This document shows positions 47,069-57,912 of a stretch of DNA of 64,000 nt, piece by piece. The first letter of the stretch is position 1. Each line of letters starts with the position of its first letter. The DNA lies in assembly GCA_964610465.1 (NCBI GenBank), contig CAZSWA010000004.1:8365-72364 (forward strand), written 5' to 3'. The stretch is from an uncultured Gammaproteobacteria bacterium. Lineage in GTDB: Bacteria > Patescibacteriota > Microgenomatia > Levybacterales > UBA12049. Below the pieces are notes generated by a model, which had not been told where the DNA came from, ran no database searches, and saw only the letters and a program-made list of their open reading frames with translations. A program made the translations under genes and the position numbers.

Positions 47069-48475
47069 ATGAAGTATTTTGTTTTTACCTATGACGGGCA
47101 TGGATTACCAATCGCCCAACATCTCCAGCAAGAAGGCAAAGATGTAATAGTTGGACAAGTACACGATAAAAAAGATATTATTTCTCCCATAGAAAATGAT
47201 TCTGCTGTTGAGGAACCACAAGAAAAAGAACAAAGATTATCTCTTTTCAATGGTATTATTGATAAAAAACCTGCACATGAATTGATAGAAAAAATGAAAA
47301 CTATCAAAGACCCGGAAAACTACTTTGTTTTTTTTGACTTCAATAATTTATTCAAATTTAGTGAACAGATAAAAGATTTGGGATTCCATGGTAATTTTCC
47401 AACTGAAAAAGACCATCTATTTGAGCTAGATAGAGATCAATCAAAAGAGTTCGTACGAAAGCATTATGCAAGATTTAATATTGGTGAAAAACGGGAGTTT
47501 AAAAAAATTGCTGAAGCAATCCATTTTCTTGAACAGACAGAGGATATTTGGGTACTCAAAGGTCTTGATGATAACGCAGGTTCTGTGGTACCAGATGTTG
47601 AAGATTCACGTCTTGCTGCCGGACAATTAATAGAAGCGTTATACCACAATAGAGATGTATACGAAAGCGTGGGATTTATTCTAGAACTTCTGATTCCCAA
47701 TATTATAGAACTGACTCCTGAAAAACTTTATTATGATGGTGAACCAATTGCAGTGACACTTGATATTGAAAACAAACCTATTGGCAGTGGCAATATCTCG
47801 ATTCAAACCGGATGTGCTGCAGATTTGGTATTTCCTATAGATATGGAAGACAGGATCAGTAAAATTGCATTTCCTCCTATTATTGATGAAATGGCAAAAG
47901 CACATAAAGGACTATTTATTTGGGATGCATCTTTACTTATTAATAAAAGGGATGGGAAAATTTATTTTGGTGAATTTTGTTCCAATCGTCCGGGATATAA
48001 CGCATTTTTTACAGAACTTGCTCAAGCCACTTCTGTATCTGATTTTTTTGAAAATCTTGCTCAGAAAAAAAATCCATTTAAACTGGGAACTGTTGCTGCT
48101 TCTGTCAGAATCTTCAATATGAATAGGAACCCTCAAACTGATACCATAGTTTCAGGAATAAAAATAGACTATAACCCGGGAATTGAAAAGGATCTTTGGC
48201 TTTGGGATGCTGTCAGGAAAGGAAAAAAAGTTGTAGATGTAGGGTATGACTGGAACTTAGCAGTAATTACAGGTTCAGGAAAATCAATAGATGATGCAAT
48301 ACAAAAGCTCTATAAGAATGTTGATAATTTTTCATTTGTAGGAGGATATTATAGACCTAAATTTGATTATCTTTCACTTGAATATCCAACCTCTATTATC
48401 AATAGGCTTAATTATGGTGTAGAACGCACGTGGTATAAACTACCGTTTGCAGTAAAAGTAGGGAATATACGCTGA
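47069..48475 (+). CDS. purD: Divergent phosphoribosylamine-glycine ligase-like ATP-grasp protein
   Basis: 'GLFIWDASLLINKRDGKIYFGEFCSNRPG' aligns to PurD '[27 protein letters not shown]'; context of pur genes. Confidence 0.5.
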   Translation: MKYFVFTYDGHGLPIAQHLQQEGKDVIVGQVHDKKDIISPIENDSAVEEPQEKEQRLSLFNGIIDKKPAHELIEKMKTIKDPENYFVFFDFNNLFKFSEQIKDLGFHGNFPTEKDHLFELDRDQSKEFVRKHYARFNIGEKREFKKIAEAIHFLEQTEDIWVLKGLDDNAGSVVPDVEDSRLAAGQLIEALYHNRDVYESVGFILELLIPNIIELTPEKLYYDGEPIAVTLDIENKPIGSGNISIQTGCAADLVFPIDMEDRISKIAFPPIIDEMAKAHKGLFIWDASLLINKRDGKIYFGEFCSNRPGYNAFFTELAQATSVSDFFENLAQKKNPFKLGTVAASVRIFNMNRNPQTDTIVSGIKIDYNPGIEKDLWLWDAVRKGKKVVDVGYDWNLAVITGSGKSIDDAIQKLYKNVDNFSFVGGYYRPKFDYLSLEYPTSIINRLNYGVERTWYKLPFAVKVGNIR

Positions 48476-48964
48476 TTATTTTTTGCGCTTTACCGTCTTT
48501 TTACCCATTTTTACTCCGTTTGTTTTTATAAGTTGTATTTTCTTTCTCTGGATAAGCTTTTTCTGTTTAATTTTTGCATTGGTTTCTTCAATGAGAGTTT
48601 TAACTGGCACGGTATATATCCTTTTTTGATGATTTTTCCAATCAAATCCTAAATTTTTGATAAATTGTCGCTCAATCACATTGGCCATATTATGAAATTT
48701 ACTGTACAGTCTATATTCTTCAGGATATTTGTCTGGGGCTGAAGGGTCGTTGTCAAACTTATCTATAAGCTTTGATGGGATACCAGCAGATTGGATAAGC
48801 ATATATTCAATAAACTCATGAATGAAAATGGCATTATTGAGTATCTCATCTCCCATATCATAGCTTATGATATTGTTTTCGTAGTAATCTCCCACGTCAT
48901 CATAGCGCATAATGCGCTTTACTCTAAACTTCAGTTTCTTAAGGTCAACAATGCGATTTTTCAT
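48476..48964 (-). CDS. Hypothetical protein, basic C-terminus
   Basis: ORF only. Confidence 0.35.
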   Translation of the reverse strand: MKNRIVDLKKLKFRVKRIMRYDDVGDYYENNIISYDMGDEILNNAIFIHEFIEYMLIQSAGIPSKLIDKFDNDPSAPDKYPEEYRLYSKFHNMANVIERQFIKNLGFDWKNHQKRIYTVPVKTLIEETNAKIKQKKLIQRKKIQLIKTNGVKMGKKTVKRKK

Positions 48965-49076
48965 AGAACAGGCTCAAGAAGTAATAAAGTGAGCCTATAA
49001 TGTAGTATATCAATAAATTCAACAGGTGACAACAGCTAAAATTGTCTTCGTCACCTGCTTTAGCTTCAAAATCAGG

Positions 49077-49247
49077 CTATTTACGCCTATGAGCTTTCCC
49101 TCCAAGACTTGCCACCCGCGCTCTGGTTTGAGGATCAGCAGCTTTAAGGCCACGAATACGGTGATATGCTTGACCACCTTTACGGCCTACTTCTTCCCGG
49201 GTTTTTTGATCTGCTGATGCAAGCCCTCTTCTACTTTTATCTGCCAT
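49077..49247 (-). CDS. KGG-repeat general stress protein (YciG/con-10-like), 56 aa
   Basis: rc translation MADKSRRGLASADQKTREEVGRKGGQAYHRIRGLKAADPQTRARVASLGGKAHRRK; strong SD GGAGGTG 8 nt upstream; below ORF-track cutoff. Confidence 0.65.
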   Translation of the reverse strand: MADKSRRGLASADQKTREEVGRKGGQAYHRIRGLKAADPQTRARVASLGGKAHRRK

Positions 49248-49464
49248 TCTTTATCACCTCCTTTTAATTGTACTCCACAGAGTACAAGGCCCTTCTTCTC
49301 CTTGATTGTTGGTTATGCCGTAAGCTGAAAGCTTATGGTGCCTTTCAAAAGGATAAAAAACTTTAACAAACCAATATTATTAGACAATGAGAATTAAGTA
49401 ATAACTCTAAAAGAAACTGCTTAGAATTGCCTTTTCCTGCGATATTTTTTACAATAGAATATAA

Positions 49465-50187
49465 ATGACGAATAAGAAAAAATATAATCATCGTAACCTC
49501 ATACATCACTCAACTGTTGGTACGTTGCTTCTTCTTGAAATCGTCTTTGGAATTGCGTTAAGTGTCTTGTCATTCTATATATTTATGAAAATCCGGAGTG
49601 AAATATTTGAGAAAGAGCTTACTCAGTTTGATACTACCGTATCCTTTTTTTTCTATGCATTACGAAGACCATGGCTTACCTATATTATGCTTATCATTTC
49701 ATTTATGGGAGATTATTTTGTGGTAATTGCAAGTATCATTACTGCCTTGCTACTTTTTTTTAAAAATCATAAAAGGGGAGCATTCCTTTTCTTTAGTATA
49801 GTAATCATGAGTGTCATTATTGATTCCCTTTTAAAAAACCTTATCCAACGTCCAAGACCAACATTTTCTCCACTTATAATAGAGCACAGTTATAGTTTCC
49901 CTTCTGGCCATTCAATGAATTCTTTTGTATTTTATTCTCTTCTTGCCTATATGGTTTATCACTATACTAAAAACATTACACTCACATTTTTTGCGTTTCT
50001 CATTGCGGATGTAATTATTCTACTTATTGGCATAAGCCGTATTTATCTTGGCGTACATTATCCAACAGATGTTATTGCAGGGTTTGTTGCTGGATTCTGG
50101 TGGTTTGTAACTGTAATGCTTATCGATAGAACACTTATTTTTTACAATGTCTGGAGACAAAAAAATATATCAATGAAAAAAAGATAG
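49465..50187 (+). CDS. PAP2 family phosphatase (undecaprenyl-diphosphatase-like)
   Basis: 'KxxxxxxRP' 'PSGHS' 'SRxxxxxHxxxD' (GVHYPTDV) PAP2 tripartite motifs. Confidence 0.75.
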   Translation: MTNKKKYNHRNLIHHSTVGTLLLLEIVFGIALSVLSFYIFMKIRSEIFEKELTQFDTTVSFFFYALRRPWLTYIMLIISFMGDYFVVIASIITALLLFFKNHKRGAFLFFSIVIMSVIIDSLLKNLIQRPRPTFSPLIIEHSYSFPSGHSMNSFVFYSLLAYMVYHYTKNITLTFFAFLIADVIILLIGISRIYLGVHYPTDVIAGFVAGFWWFVTVMLIDRTLIFYNVWRQKNISMKKR

Positions 50188-50188
50188 A

Positions 50189-50680
50189 TTATTTGTTTGT
50201 TGCGGGTTTTATAAATTTAATATATCCAAGTGTCAATGCAGTAATTAACCCTACAGACGTTACGAGAAAACGAAACATGTTATCTTGAGTTTCAAATCCT
50301 CTTCCTATACTATATATAAGAGTAAATACGCCGCCCAAAAGCAACCCATCTGCAATTACAAGTATGCTCTTAAAAAACGTAAGGCTTACTACCAATACTA
50401 TTATTGCTGATATTAAGGCAATAACTGAGACATTCCTTTGATATATGTTTTGTTGTTTGTTATATGCATCCCACATCTTCTGATTTTCTATATCTTCCTG
50501 TTTTTGTTGTTGATAGTATACATTGTATTCTTTGCTATCAGTTGGAGGAGGTGAAACAAGTTTTGGTAAAGAGATATTTTCGGGAGCTTTAGGAGCCGGA
50601 TAAAATGCAGCAATTCCTACTCCTACAAAAATAGCAATAAGTATCCCAAGAAAGAGAGTATAAATAAGTTTAATTATCAC
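50189..50680 (-). CDS. Membrane protein, hypothetical
   Basis: ORF, 3-4 TM. Confidence 0.35.
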   Translation of the reverse strand: MIIKLIYTLFLGILIAIFVGVGIAAFYPAPKAPENISLPKLVSPPPTDSKEYNVYYQQQKQEDIENQKMWDAYNKQQNIYQRNVSVIALISAIIVLVVSLTFFKSILVIADGLLLGGVFTLIYSIGRGFETQDNMFRFLVTSVGLITALTLGYIKFIKPATNK

Positions 50681-50751
50681 AGCTTTTCTTTATTAAACTC
50701 TACATTCTCAATTATGTCAAGTAAAGTTAAGGGTAAGAAATAATAGGTAAT

Positions 50752-51594
50752 TCAATTTGTATGAATGGCACTATGTATAATCTCAGCGCTTTGACATATT
50801 CCTTTAAGGTCTGTATGAATTTCCATTGTCACAAGCCCATTATAGTGTTCATGTTGTAAAGTACGCAAAAATTCTTTTACTGGAATGACTCCTTTACCAA
50901 GCGGTAAATGTCGTCCTGCAAAAAGAAATAACACATTTCCTAACGGACGCTTTTTGTAATCACCAATATGGATATTTACTACTCTTTGTTTATTGAGTTT
51001 ATAGAAATCTATAATATCTGCTCCTACCTGTGCAGTATGAGTAGTATCAAGCGTCACAAAAAAATTATTTTTTTCAACTAATTCCGAAAATTTTTGAGGA
51101 TGCCATGCAGCAGTATTGAGAAAGGATGCAATATGTTTCTCTCGATTTTCAAACCCAGCTTTTATACCATATTGTTTTTCAAGTTTATGAATTTCATCAA
51201 TATATTTTTTTTGATAAATTTGTCTCCCAGCAGAAGCCAAATGAAGCACTACTATTTTTGCACCAAGAATATCAGCCATTTGGAAAAGTTTTTTAACCTC
51301 AGAGATTTTTGTAGTACCGAGTAATCGCAATGGTTGATGTAGACTTAAAACTTTTATTCCATATACCTTAAGCAAGGAATTTACCTCTTCCATATCCTCA
51401 AAGGTTGCATGTAGAGGAAGAAGAAGCTCAATTCCCTCTACTCCCGATTTTTTTAAAGATTCAAAAACTTCAGAATGGGAATGTCCGTCAAATATCTTAT
51501 TCTTTAATATCTTATGTATAAGCTTTTTTTTATGCGGCAGAATGTCAGTTAAAAAAAGAGAGGTTGAGACCTTCATAGGTATATTATAAAACAT
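50752..51594 (-). CDS. Sugar phosphate isomerase/epimerase (xylose-isomerase-like TIM barrel)
   Basis: Fold-level resemblance only. Confidence 0.45.
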   Translation of the reverse strand: MFYNIPMKVSTSLFLTDILPHKKKLIHKILKNKIFDGHSHSEVFESLKKSGVEGIELLLPLHATFEDMEEVNSLLKVYGIKVLSLHQPLRLLGTTKISEVKKLFQMADILGAKIVVLHLASAGRQIYQKKYIDEIHKLEKQYGIKAGFENREKHIASFLNTAAWHPQKFSELVEKNNFFVTLDTTHTAQVGADIIDFYKLNKQRVVNIHIGDYKKRPLGNVLFLFAGRHLPLGKGVIPVKEFLRTLQHEHYNGLVTMEIHTDLKGICQSAEIIHSAIHTN

Positions 51595-51627
51595 TACACA
51601 ATGTGTTCCAAGATGAAAAAAAGAGTT

Positions 51628-52734
51628 CTACACTCTAAGCTGTAAATGTTCAGCAGTATATGTGATATTTTTAGGAACGATTACTACTTGTTTTTTACCT
51701 TTAGTTATATATCCTGCATCAATACTTTCAAAACCATTTTGTATCACTATTTTCTGAGCTTTCCTGACATTTTTAGGTGATATAAAAATTGCATAGTCCA
51801 TTCCCATATTATATGTTGCATATATCTCACTATCTGAAATATTTGCATGTTTTTGAATAAAAAGGAATATTTCTTGAGGTTCAAATATTTTTTCAATTAT
51901 ATAAGTAAAATTTTGTCTTGCTCGCATTATTTTTCTAAACCCATGTCCGGTAATATTGGAAATGTAATGGATAGAGATATCATTTTCCAATAAATTCTGA
52001 ACCAGCTTTGCGTATATATTGGTTTTTGTTAAAAGTGCATCACCATACATAACTCCATCGGGTAATTTTGTTGCATATCCTTTTTTAAGTTTTTTGGCAA
52101 TAGCACGCGCTAATGATGCACCGTTGGCATTTATCCCGTTACTTTTTATAAGTAAAATCCTATCATTTTCTTGTAAATTATTATCAATAATAAGATTTTT
52201 TTTGTCATTAATTATCCCAATTGCACATCCTCCTAAATCAATCGTATTTTTAGAAATAATTCCTTTGAGCGTTGGTGTTTCTCCACCTCCCCAACTAACA
52301 CTTGCAATATCACATGCAGTCTTCCATCCATTTATTAAATCTTGCATTCTTTTTTGGTCAGATAACCAATCATTATTTTCAATAGCCCAATATGCATGCA
52401 GTACTAAAGGCATTGCACCAACTGAAACTAAATCATTAATAATTGTTGCAACCGTATCATGACCTATGATGTCGTAATATGTCCGTCCGTTTATCTCTCT
52501 CATCGCATCAGCAATAAGATTTTTAGTACCTAATCCTTCAATGACTGATGCCATATATATATTTCTTTGTTTCCATACATATGCTGATTCTCCACGAGTA
52601 TCCGAAATTTCTATGAAATTATTTTTTAAGAGATTTCTTGCAGTGTCTTGCGCTGCAATCTGTGCAAGAATCTTAATTGGATCTTTAGTATTATAATTAT
52701 CACCAACTTGAGAATAGGAGATTTTTTTCCTCAT
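51628..52734 (-). CDS. purM: Phosphoribosylformylglycinamidine cyclo-ligase (AIR synthase), long form
   Basis: PurM-type N-terminal region, 'GGGETP' ; pur operon context. Confidence 0.6.
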   Translation of the reverse strand: MRKKISYSQVGDNYNTKDPIKILAQIAAQDTARNLLKNNFIEISDTRGESAYVWKQRNIYMASVIEGLGTKNLIADAMREINGRTYYDIIGHDTVATIINDLVSVGAMPLVLHAYWAIENNDWLSDQKRMQDLINGWKTACDIASVSWGGGETPTLKGIISKNTIDLGGCAIGIINDKKNLIIDNNLQENDRILLIKSNGINANGASLARAIAKKLKKGYATKLPDGVMYGDALLTKTNIYAKLVQNLLENDISIHYISNITGHGFRKIMRARQNFTYIIEKIFEPQEIFLFIQKHANISDSEIYATYNMGMDYAIFISPKNVRKAQKIVIQNGFESIDAGYITKGKKQVVIVPKNITYTAEHLQLRV

Positions 52735-52737
52735 ATG

Positions 52738-53700
52738 TTATATAAATTTTATATTCTTCTTAATTCTTTCTTCAAAAGGATATCTGTATACTTTAAATTT
52801 TTCTCCAGTTATCATTTCATACACTGCTATATATCTTCGTGCGGTTTGAACAATTAATTCATTTGACATTTCAGGAGGTACCCCATCACCTTTGTAACCT
52901 TGTTTTGCATACCAAAGACGTAAAAATTCCTTATCAAAATTCTCAGGTTCCAATCCTTTTGCAAATCGTTTTTCATAAGTATCAGCAACCCAAAAGCGTG
53001 ATGAATCCGGAGTATGAATTTCATCCATCAATGTCAATTCTCCGTTGTAGAATCCAAATTCATATTTCGTATCAACTAAAATTAAGCCATGTTTTTGGCA
53101 ATGTTTACTCCCGTATGCAAAAAGTGCAAGTGCTGCTTCTTCCATTTGTCGATATACTTTTTTATTCACTAATTTTCTTTCAATAATTTCTTCACGTGTT
53201 AATCTTTCATCATGTCCGTTTTTTCCGCCTCCGTGAGTTGTTGGGGTAATAATAGTTGAGGGAAGTTTTTGATTCTTGTGTAGATTGTCTGGAAATTTTA
53301 ATCCATAAATAGTCCTCTTTCCTTTTGCATAAGATCCCCAAATTGATGTATTAGTAACTCCAGATATATAACCTCTCACTATCATTTCTATTGGAATACC
53401 TTCACAACTTTTGGCAATGGTAACATTTGGATCAGGAATTTTCAGTATATGGTTTGGAATAATCTTTTCTGTTTTCTCAAACCAAAATGCAGCAAGAGAA
53501 TTTAATACACTTCCTTTAAAAGGAATATATCCTAGAACTACATCAAAAGCTGATTGTCTATCAGTTGTAATAATAATTCGTTTATCAGGTAATATATAAT
53601 AGTCACGAACTTTCCCCTGATGTTTTTTCCCAAATTCAGAAATATCTATTGTTTTAAGTACATTTGGTAAAGATGAAAGTATTGTATGTGATTGTATCAT
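52738..53700 (-). CDS. purC: SAICAR synthetase, long (eukaryote/archaea-like) form
   Basis: 320 aa; N-terminal 'GKVRD' P-loop-like, context. Confidence 0.75.
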   Translation of the reverse strand: MIQSHTILSSLPNVLKTIDISEFGKKHQGKVRDYYILPDKRIIITTDRQSAFDVVLGYIPFKGSVLNSLAAFWFEKTEKIIPNHILKIPDPNVTIAKSCEGIPIEMIVRGYISGVTNTSIWGSYAKGKRTIYGLKFPDNLHKNQKLPSTIITPTTHGGGKNGHDERLTREEIIERKLVNKKVYRQMEEAALALFAYGSKHCQKHGLILVDTKYEFGFYNGELTLMDEIHTPDSSRFWVADTYEKRFAKGLEPENFDKEFLRLWYAKQGYKGDGVPPEMSNELIVQTARRYIAVYEMITGEKFKVYRYPFEERIKKNIKFI

Positions 53701-54221
53701 TTATTTTGCAATTTTAGGTATTCCTTAAATCCTATTTTTTCTATTTTCTTCACTTTTTTGATAACTGAATGGTTTTGTTCTTTTTGATATATATCAAGTT
53801 TTCTGTAAATTGTTTTATTTGTTGTCCCAATAATTTTGGCAGCAAGTAACCCTGCATTTTTTGCGCCATTAATTGCAACGGTTGCGACTGGAATTCCTGG
53901 AGGCATTTGCACAATTGATAAAAGGGAATCCATCCCTTCCAGATTTTTTCCTCTCACAGGTACTCCAATTACGGGAAGTAGTGTAAGTGCAGCAATCATA
54001 CCGGGCAAATGTGCTGCTCCTCCTGCTCCCGCAATAATTACTTTGATTCCACGTTTTGCTGCATTTTTTGCATACTCATACATCCTATCAGGAGTTCTAT
54101 GTGCTGAAACAATAGTAATTTCAAATGTGATTCCAAATTCTTCCAAGAGTAATGCTGCTTCCTGCATAACAGAAAGGTCAGAATCCGATCCCATGATTAT
54201 TCCTACTAATGGTTTTTGCAT
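53697..54221 (-). CDS. purE: N5-CAIR mutase
   Basis: '[10 protein letters not shown]' ... '[15 protein letters not shown]'. Confidence 0.85.
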   Translation of the reverse strand: MQKPLVGIIMGSDSDLSVMQEAALLLEEFGITFEITIVSAHRTPDRMYEYAKNAAKRGIKVIIAGAGGAAHLPGMIAALTLLPVIGVPVRGKNLEGMDSLLSIVQMPPGIPVATVAINGAKNAGLLAAKIIGTTNKTIYRKLDIYQKEQNHSVIKKVKKIEKIGFKEYLKLQNK

Positions 54222-54243
54222 AAATTTTCAATTATTACTCTTT

Positions 54244-55371
54244 TTAAATTGTAATGTACTTTCTTGCCTTTAGTGCTTTTTTATATGCTCCATCAATTGT
54301 ATTACCAGTTGCTGTAACATGTCCCATTTTCCGCTCTGTTTTAGTATCAGCTTTTCCATAAATATGTACTGCAACCTGTGGAATAGCAAGTGCTTTTTCA
54401 AGTCCTGATATATTAGCTTTTGCATTTCTTTCTCCTAGAATATTTACCATAACAGCTGCGGGAACTATCATCTCTGTTTGACCAAGACGCATTCCCGTAA
54501 TTGCTCTTATATGCTGTTCAAATTGAGATATAACGCATGCCTCAATTGTATAATGTCCAGAATTATGTACCCGAGGCGCGATTTCATTTATCAGAACCTC
54601 ATTATCTTTGGTTAAAAACATTTCTATACCGAAAACTCCTGCACCTCTTAGATGTTTCATTACTTTTATTCCCAAATCATTTGCTTTTTTTATCAATTTA
54701 TTGTCAATTTGAGCAGGAGCAAAAACAATATGACAAATGTTATTTTTGTGAATCGTTTCAACCACTGGATATGTCTTGATTTCTCCTTTTGTACTTCTTG
54801 CAACCATAATAGCTAATTCTTTTACAAATGGCACGAATTTTTCAACGTATAATTTCCTTCCTTTTAATTTTTGTAGACATCCATCAATATCTGATTCTTT
54901 TATTATCATTGCATTTCCTCGACCATCATATGCATTGAATCTGGCTTTAAGAAGTAGGGGATATCCGAATTTTTTTGCGACTTTTACAATATCTTCTTTT
55001 ATACTCACTTCAACAAAATCAGCAATCGCAATTCCTGCTTTTCTCAAAAATTTTTTTTGAAGTAATTTATCTTTAATGATTGCAAGAGTTTTGGGTGATG
55101 GATTTATCATTACACCTCTTTTTGAAAGTTCTTCAAGAAGTTTAGCATTGGCAAGTTCTATTTCAAATGTGAGAAAATCTGAAGTTTTTGCAAGTTCACG
55201 GATTGCTTTTTCATCGTTATAATCTGCAACAATTTGAAAATCTGAAACTTGCCCTGCGGGACTATGTGGAGTAGGATCAACTACACTTACAATAAATCCC
55301 ATTTTTTTCGCTTCAAACGCGAGCATTCGTCCTAGTTGTCCGCCTCCTACAATACCTATCCTGTTTCGCAT
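54244..55371 (-). CDS. purK: N5-carboxyaminoimidazole ribonucleotide synthase (ATP-grasp)
   Basis: 'IGIVGGGQLGRML' N-terminus, ATP-grasp core. Confidence 0.8.
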   Translation of the reverse strand: MRNRIGIVGGGQLGRMLAFEAKKMGFIVSVVDPTPHSPAGQVSDFQIVADYNDEKAIRELAKTSDFLTFEIELANAKLLEELSKRGVMINPSPKTLAIIKDKLLQKKFLRKAGIAIADFVEVSIKEDIVKVAKKFGYPLLLKARFNAYDGRGNAMIIKESDIDGCLQKLKGRKLYVEKFVPFVKELAIMVARSTKGEIKTYPVVETIHKNNICHIVFAPAQIDNKLIKKANDLGIKVMKHLRGAGVFGIEMFLTKDNEVLINEIAPRVHNSGHYTIEACVISQFEQHIRAITGMRLGQTEMIVPAAVMVNILGERNAKANISGLEKALAIPQVAVHIYGKADTKTERKMGHVTATGNTIDGAYKKALKARKYITI

Positions 55372-55404
55372 ATAGAAATAATCCGTATAATCTTATTATA
55401 TAAA

Positions 55405-56796
55405 CTAAATCACTTTTTTGATTTCTTTCACTAATAACAGTGCTCTTTCTTTTGCGTTCCCAATATGATGATGTACGTCAAAAAGTTCTGTGATTTTTTC
55501 TTTCGATATATATTTTTTGATTTTTTTATTTTCTATTATAAGTTTTTCCATTGGATTTTCTTTCCCGTCTTGTATTTCATTCCAGGCACTCATCGCAATT
55601 ATCCGAAGTACTTCATGCATCTCCTGCCTATTTGCACCTTGTGTTACTGCCTCCATCAAAATTGCTTCAGTTGCAGCAAAAGGAGCAAATTGAGAGAGAT
55701 TATATGCAATTTTTTTCTCATTAACTATCAAACCTTCAATAATTTTATTTCCGGTATTTATAATTTCATCCAATGCTAAAAATACTTCAGGAATTACTAT
55801 CCTTTTATTTGCAGAATCATCAAGTGTACGTTCAAGATAGGAAAGAGTAGCGTTTTCTAAAACAACCGATGGCAATGAAGCGACATAGCGAGCAAGTGAA
55901 CAGATTTTCTCAGATTGTATCGGGTTTTTCTTAAATGGCATTGCGGATGATCCAACTTGTTTTTTGCCAAATGGTTCTGACCATTCACCAAAGGAAGGGG
56001 ACTGAAGAATTCGTACATCACCTGCAAATTTTGCAAGACTTGATACAATACTGTTAAGTACACATATAACCAAATAATCATATTTTCGCGAAGATACTTG
56101 TGTAGTAATTAATGCTGCATCAATTCCAATTTCTGCCATCACATTCCTTTCTAAAGCTTCAACTGTTATCTTTGTTCCCTTCAATACTGCCTTATATCCA
56201 GCAGCAGTTCCGACAGCTCCCTTCATACCTTTGCCTTTGATTTGTGTTTTAACAAATTGTAAAAATTGAAAATCCGTAAGCAAATCCTGTGCATAAAAAC
56301 TTAAGCGATACCCAACAGTCGTTGGTTCAGCTGGCTGCAAGTGAGTATATCCAATACATGAGAGAGAAGCATATGTTTCTATTTTTTTTGAGAATTGAAA
56401 AAGTAGTATTTTTAATTTCTTTTCAATAATTTCCAACGCTTCTTTTATACGAAGAGTATCTGTATTATCTACGATATCCATACTAGTTGCACCAAGATGG
56501 ATTTTACCTCCTCCTATTTTTGTGTTCTCTGCATATTCTCGTATTGCGGCTATTACATCATGTTTAGTTTCTTTCTCATTCTCTAATATTTTTTTGATAT
56601 CTATTTTATCTTGTTGTTTTTCCAAATCTTCTAATTCTTTTTTTGATACAAGTCCTGCTTTATATTGTGCTCTTGCTAAAGCTACCCAAATTTTTCTCCA
56701 CAATAAATATTTATGCTGTTCACTAAAAACTTTGCGCATTTCTGGACTCCCATAGCGCCATGTAAATGGTGATAGATAATTATCAAACGTATTCAT
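55405..56796 (-). CDS. purB: Adenylosuccinate lyase
   Basis: Fumarate-lyase signature 'GSSAMPFKKNP'. Confidence 0.85.
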   Translation of the reverse strand: MNTFDNYLSPFTWRYGSPEMRKVFSEQHKYLLWRKIWVALARAQYKAGLVSKKELEDLEKQQDKIDIKKILENEKETKHDVIAAIREYAENTKIGGGKIHLGATSMDIVDNTDTLRIKEALEIIEKKLKILLFQFSKKIETYASLSCIGYTHLQPAEPTTVGYRLSFYAQDLLTDFQFLQFVKTQIKGKGMKGAVGTAAGYKAVLKGTKITVEALERNVMAEIGIDAALITTQVSSRKYDYLVICVLNSIVSSLAKFAGDVRILQSPSFGEWSEPFGKKQVGSSAMPFKKNPIQSEKICSLARYVASLPSVVLENATLSYLERTLDDSANKRIVIPEVFLALDEIINTGNKIIEGLIVNEKKIAYNLSQFAPFAATEAILMEAVTQGANRQEMHEVLRIIAMSAWNEIQDGKENPMEKLIIENKKIKKYISKEKITELFDVHHHIGNAKERALLLVKEIKKVI

Positions 56797-56802
56797 TTGT
56801 AT

Positions 56803-57897
56803 TTAAGTAATAATAGCCTGCAATTTATTATTTGTTATTGCATTCTTTATCTCCATTGCAATTCTTCTTCCTACACTTATCGGTTTTCCATAAAGATATG
56901 CGCTGTATGGAGTAGCGGTAATTCCGGGTGATCCAGGAACCCTGGGAGAGACATCAATGGTAACTATTTCCTTTTTTGGAGGACCTGGAATAATAATTGA
57001 TTGGAGTGCAAAAGGGCCAATAATTCCAGGAGGCGTCATTTCTTTACATGCATTCACAAATCGTTCACCCATATTAAATGCATCCTCAAGAAGAGATTCA
57101 AGAACAGTTACTGCGATATGTCCTGCTTCCTCATATTTCACATTTATTTTTTCAAGGATTTCTTTTTGATAATGAATAGGTAACTTTGTAATGCCTTCAA
57201 AATTGGTTTGTCGCCTCGTATCAGTTCCTAATAATTCTAAAGATTGAGTAATAGGAGAATAGAAGAAATTAAAATTTACTTGTACCCCGACGATAAATTC
57301 TTCAATTACGGCGTTTTTAATTTGTTCTTTTGTAAAAATTCCATCTTGCAGTTTTTTTTCAACTTGCATTTGATAATCCTTAAAATTTTCAACTAAGAAA
57401 AACGCTCTCTCAAAGATCCGTTCTTTCTCAAGTACTTTGACTAAACATATACGATCAATATCTTTTGGATTAGTAAATTGCAGGGGATAGCGAATGTTTG
57501 CTTTCTTTAATAATTCATACTGGTTTGGATGGAAACCTCGCTCTTCAATTTTGAGTAATTTCTTATTTCCAAAAACAGGAACTTTAAATTTAGTTTCTAT
57601 TGATTGATAATCAAAATGAAGATAGGCTTCAAATGAACGATTAGGAATAAAAATTGCGTTTTTTGTTATTATTTTTTTTTGTATTTCATTTCTTAAAATA
57701 TCAGAAAACTTTTCTAAAACCATACAGTTATCGATACAGCCTTGAGAGTTTTGAGTTTTATAATAGGTAGTATATATTTTCTCACGTCCTTTTTGACATA
57801 CCACAAGAGTTTGGAATCCCTCATCTTTTGCTCCTCTACATACATCAAGCGCTGAATGGCTTCCAATAGTTGCAATTGTGATGTTGTTTTTTTTCAT
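56803..57897 (-). CDS. purP: Archaeal-type FAICAR synthetase PurP (ATP-grasp, formate-dependent)
   Basis: 'IATIGSHSALDVCRGAKDEGF' PurP N-terminal hallmark; ~360 aa. Confidence 0.7.
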   Translation of the reverse strand: MKKNNITIATIGSHSALDVCRGAKDEGFQTLVVCQKGREKIYTTYYKTQNSQGCIDNCMVLEKFSDILRNEIQKKIITKNAIFIPNRSFEAYLHFDYQSIETKFKVPVFGNKKLLKIEERGFHPNQYELLKKANIRYPLQFTNPKDIDRICLVKVLEKERIFERAFFLVENFKDYQMQVEKKLQDGIFTKEQIKNAVIEEFIVGVQVNFNFFYSPITQSLELLGTDTRRQTNFEGITKLPIHYQKEILEKINVKYEEAGHIAVTVLESLLEDAFNMGERFVNACKEMTPPGIIGPFALQSIIIPGPPKKEIVTIDVSPRVPGSPGITATPYSAYLYGKPISVGRRIAMEIKNAITNNKLQAIIT

Positions 57898-57912
57898 TAT
57901 AATTTCTTCAAT

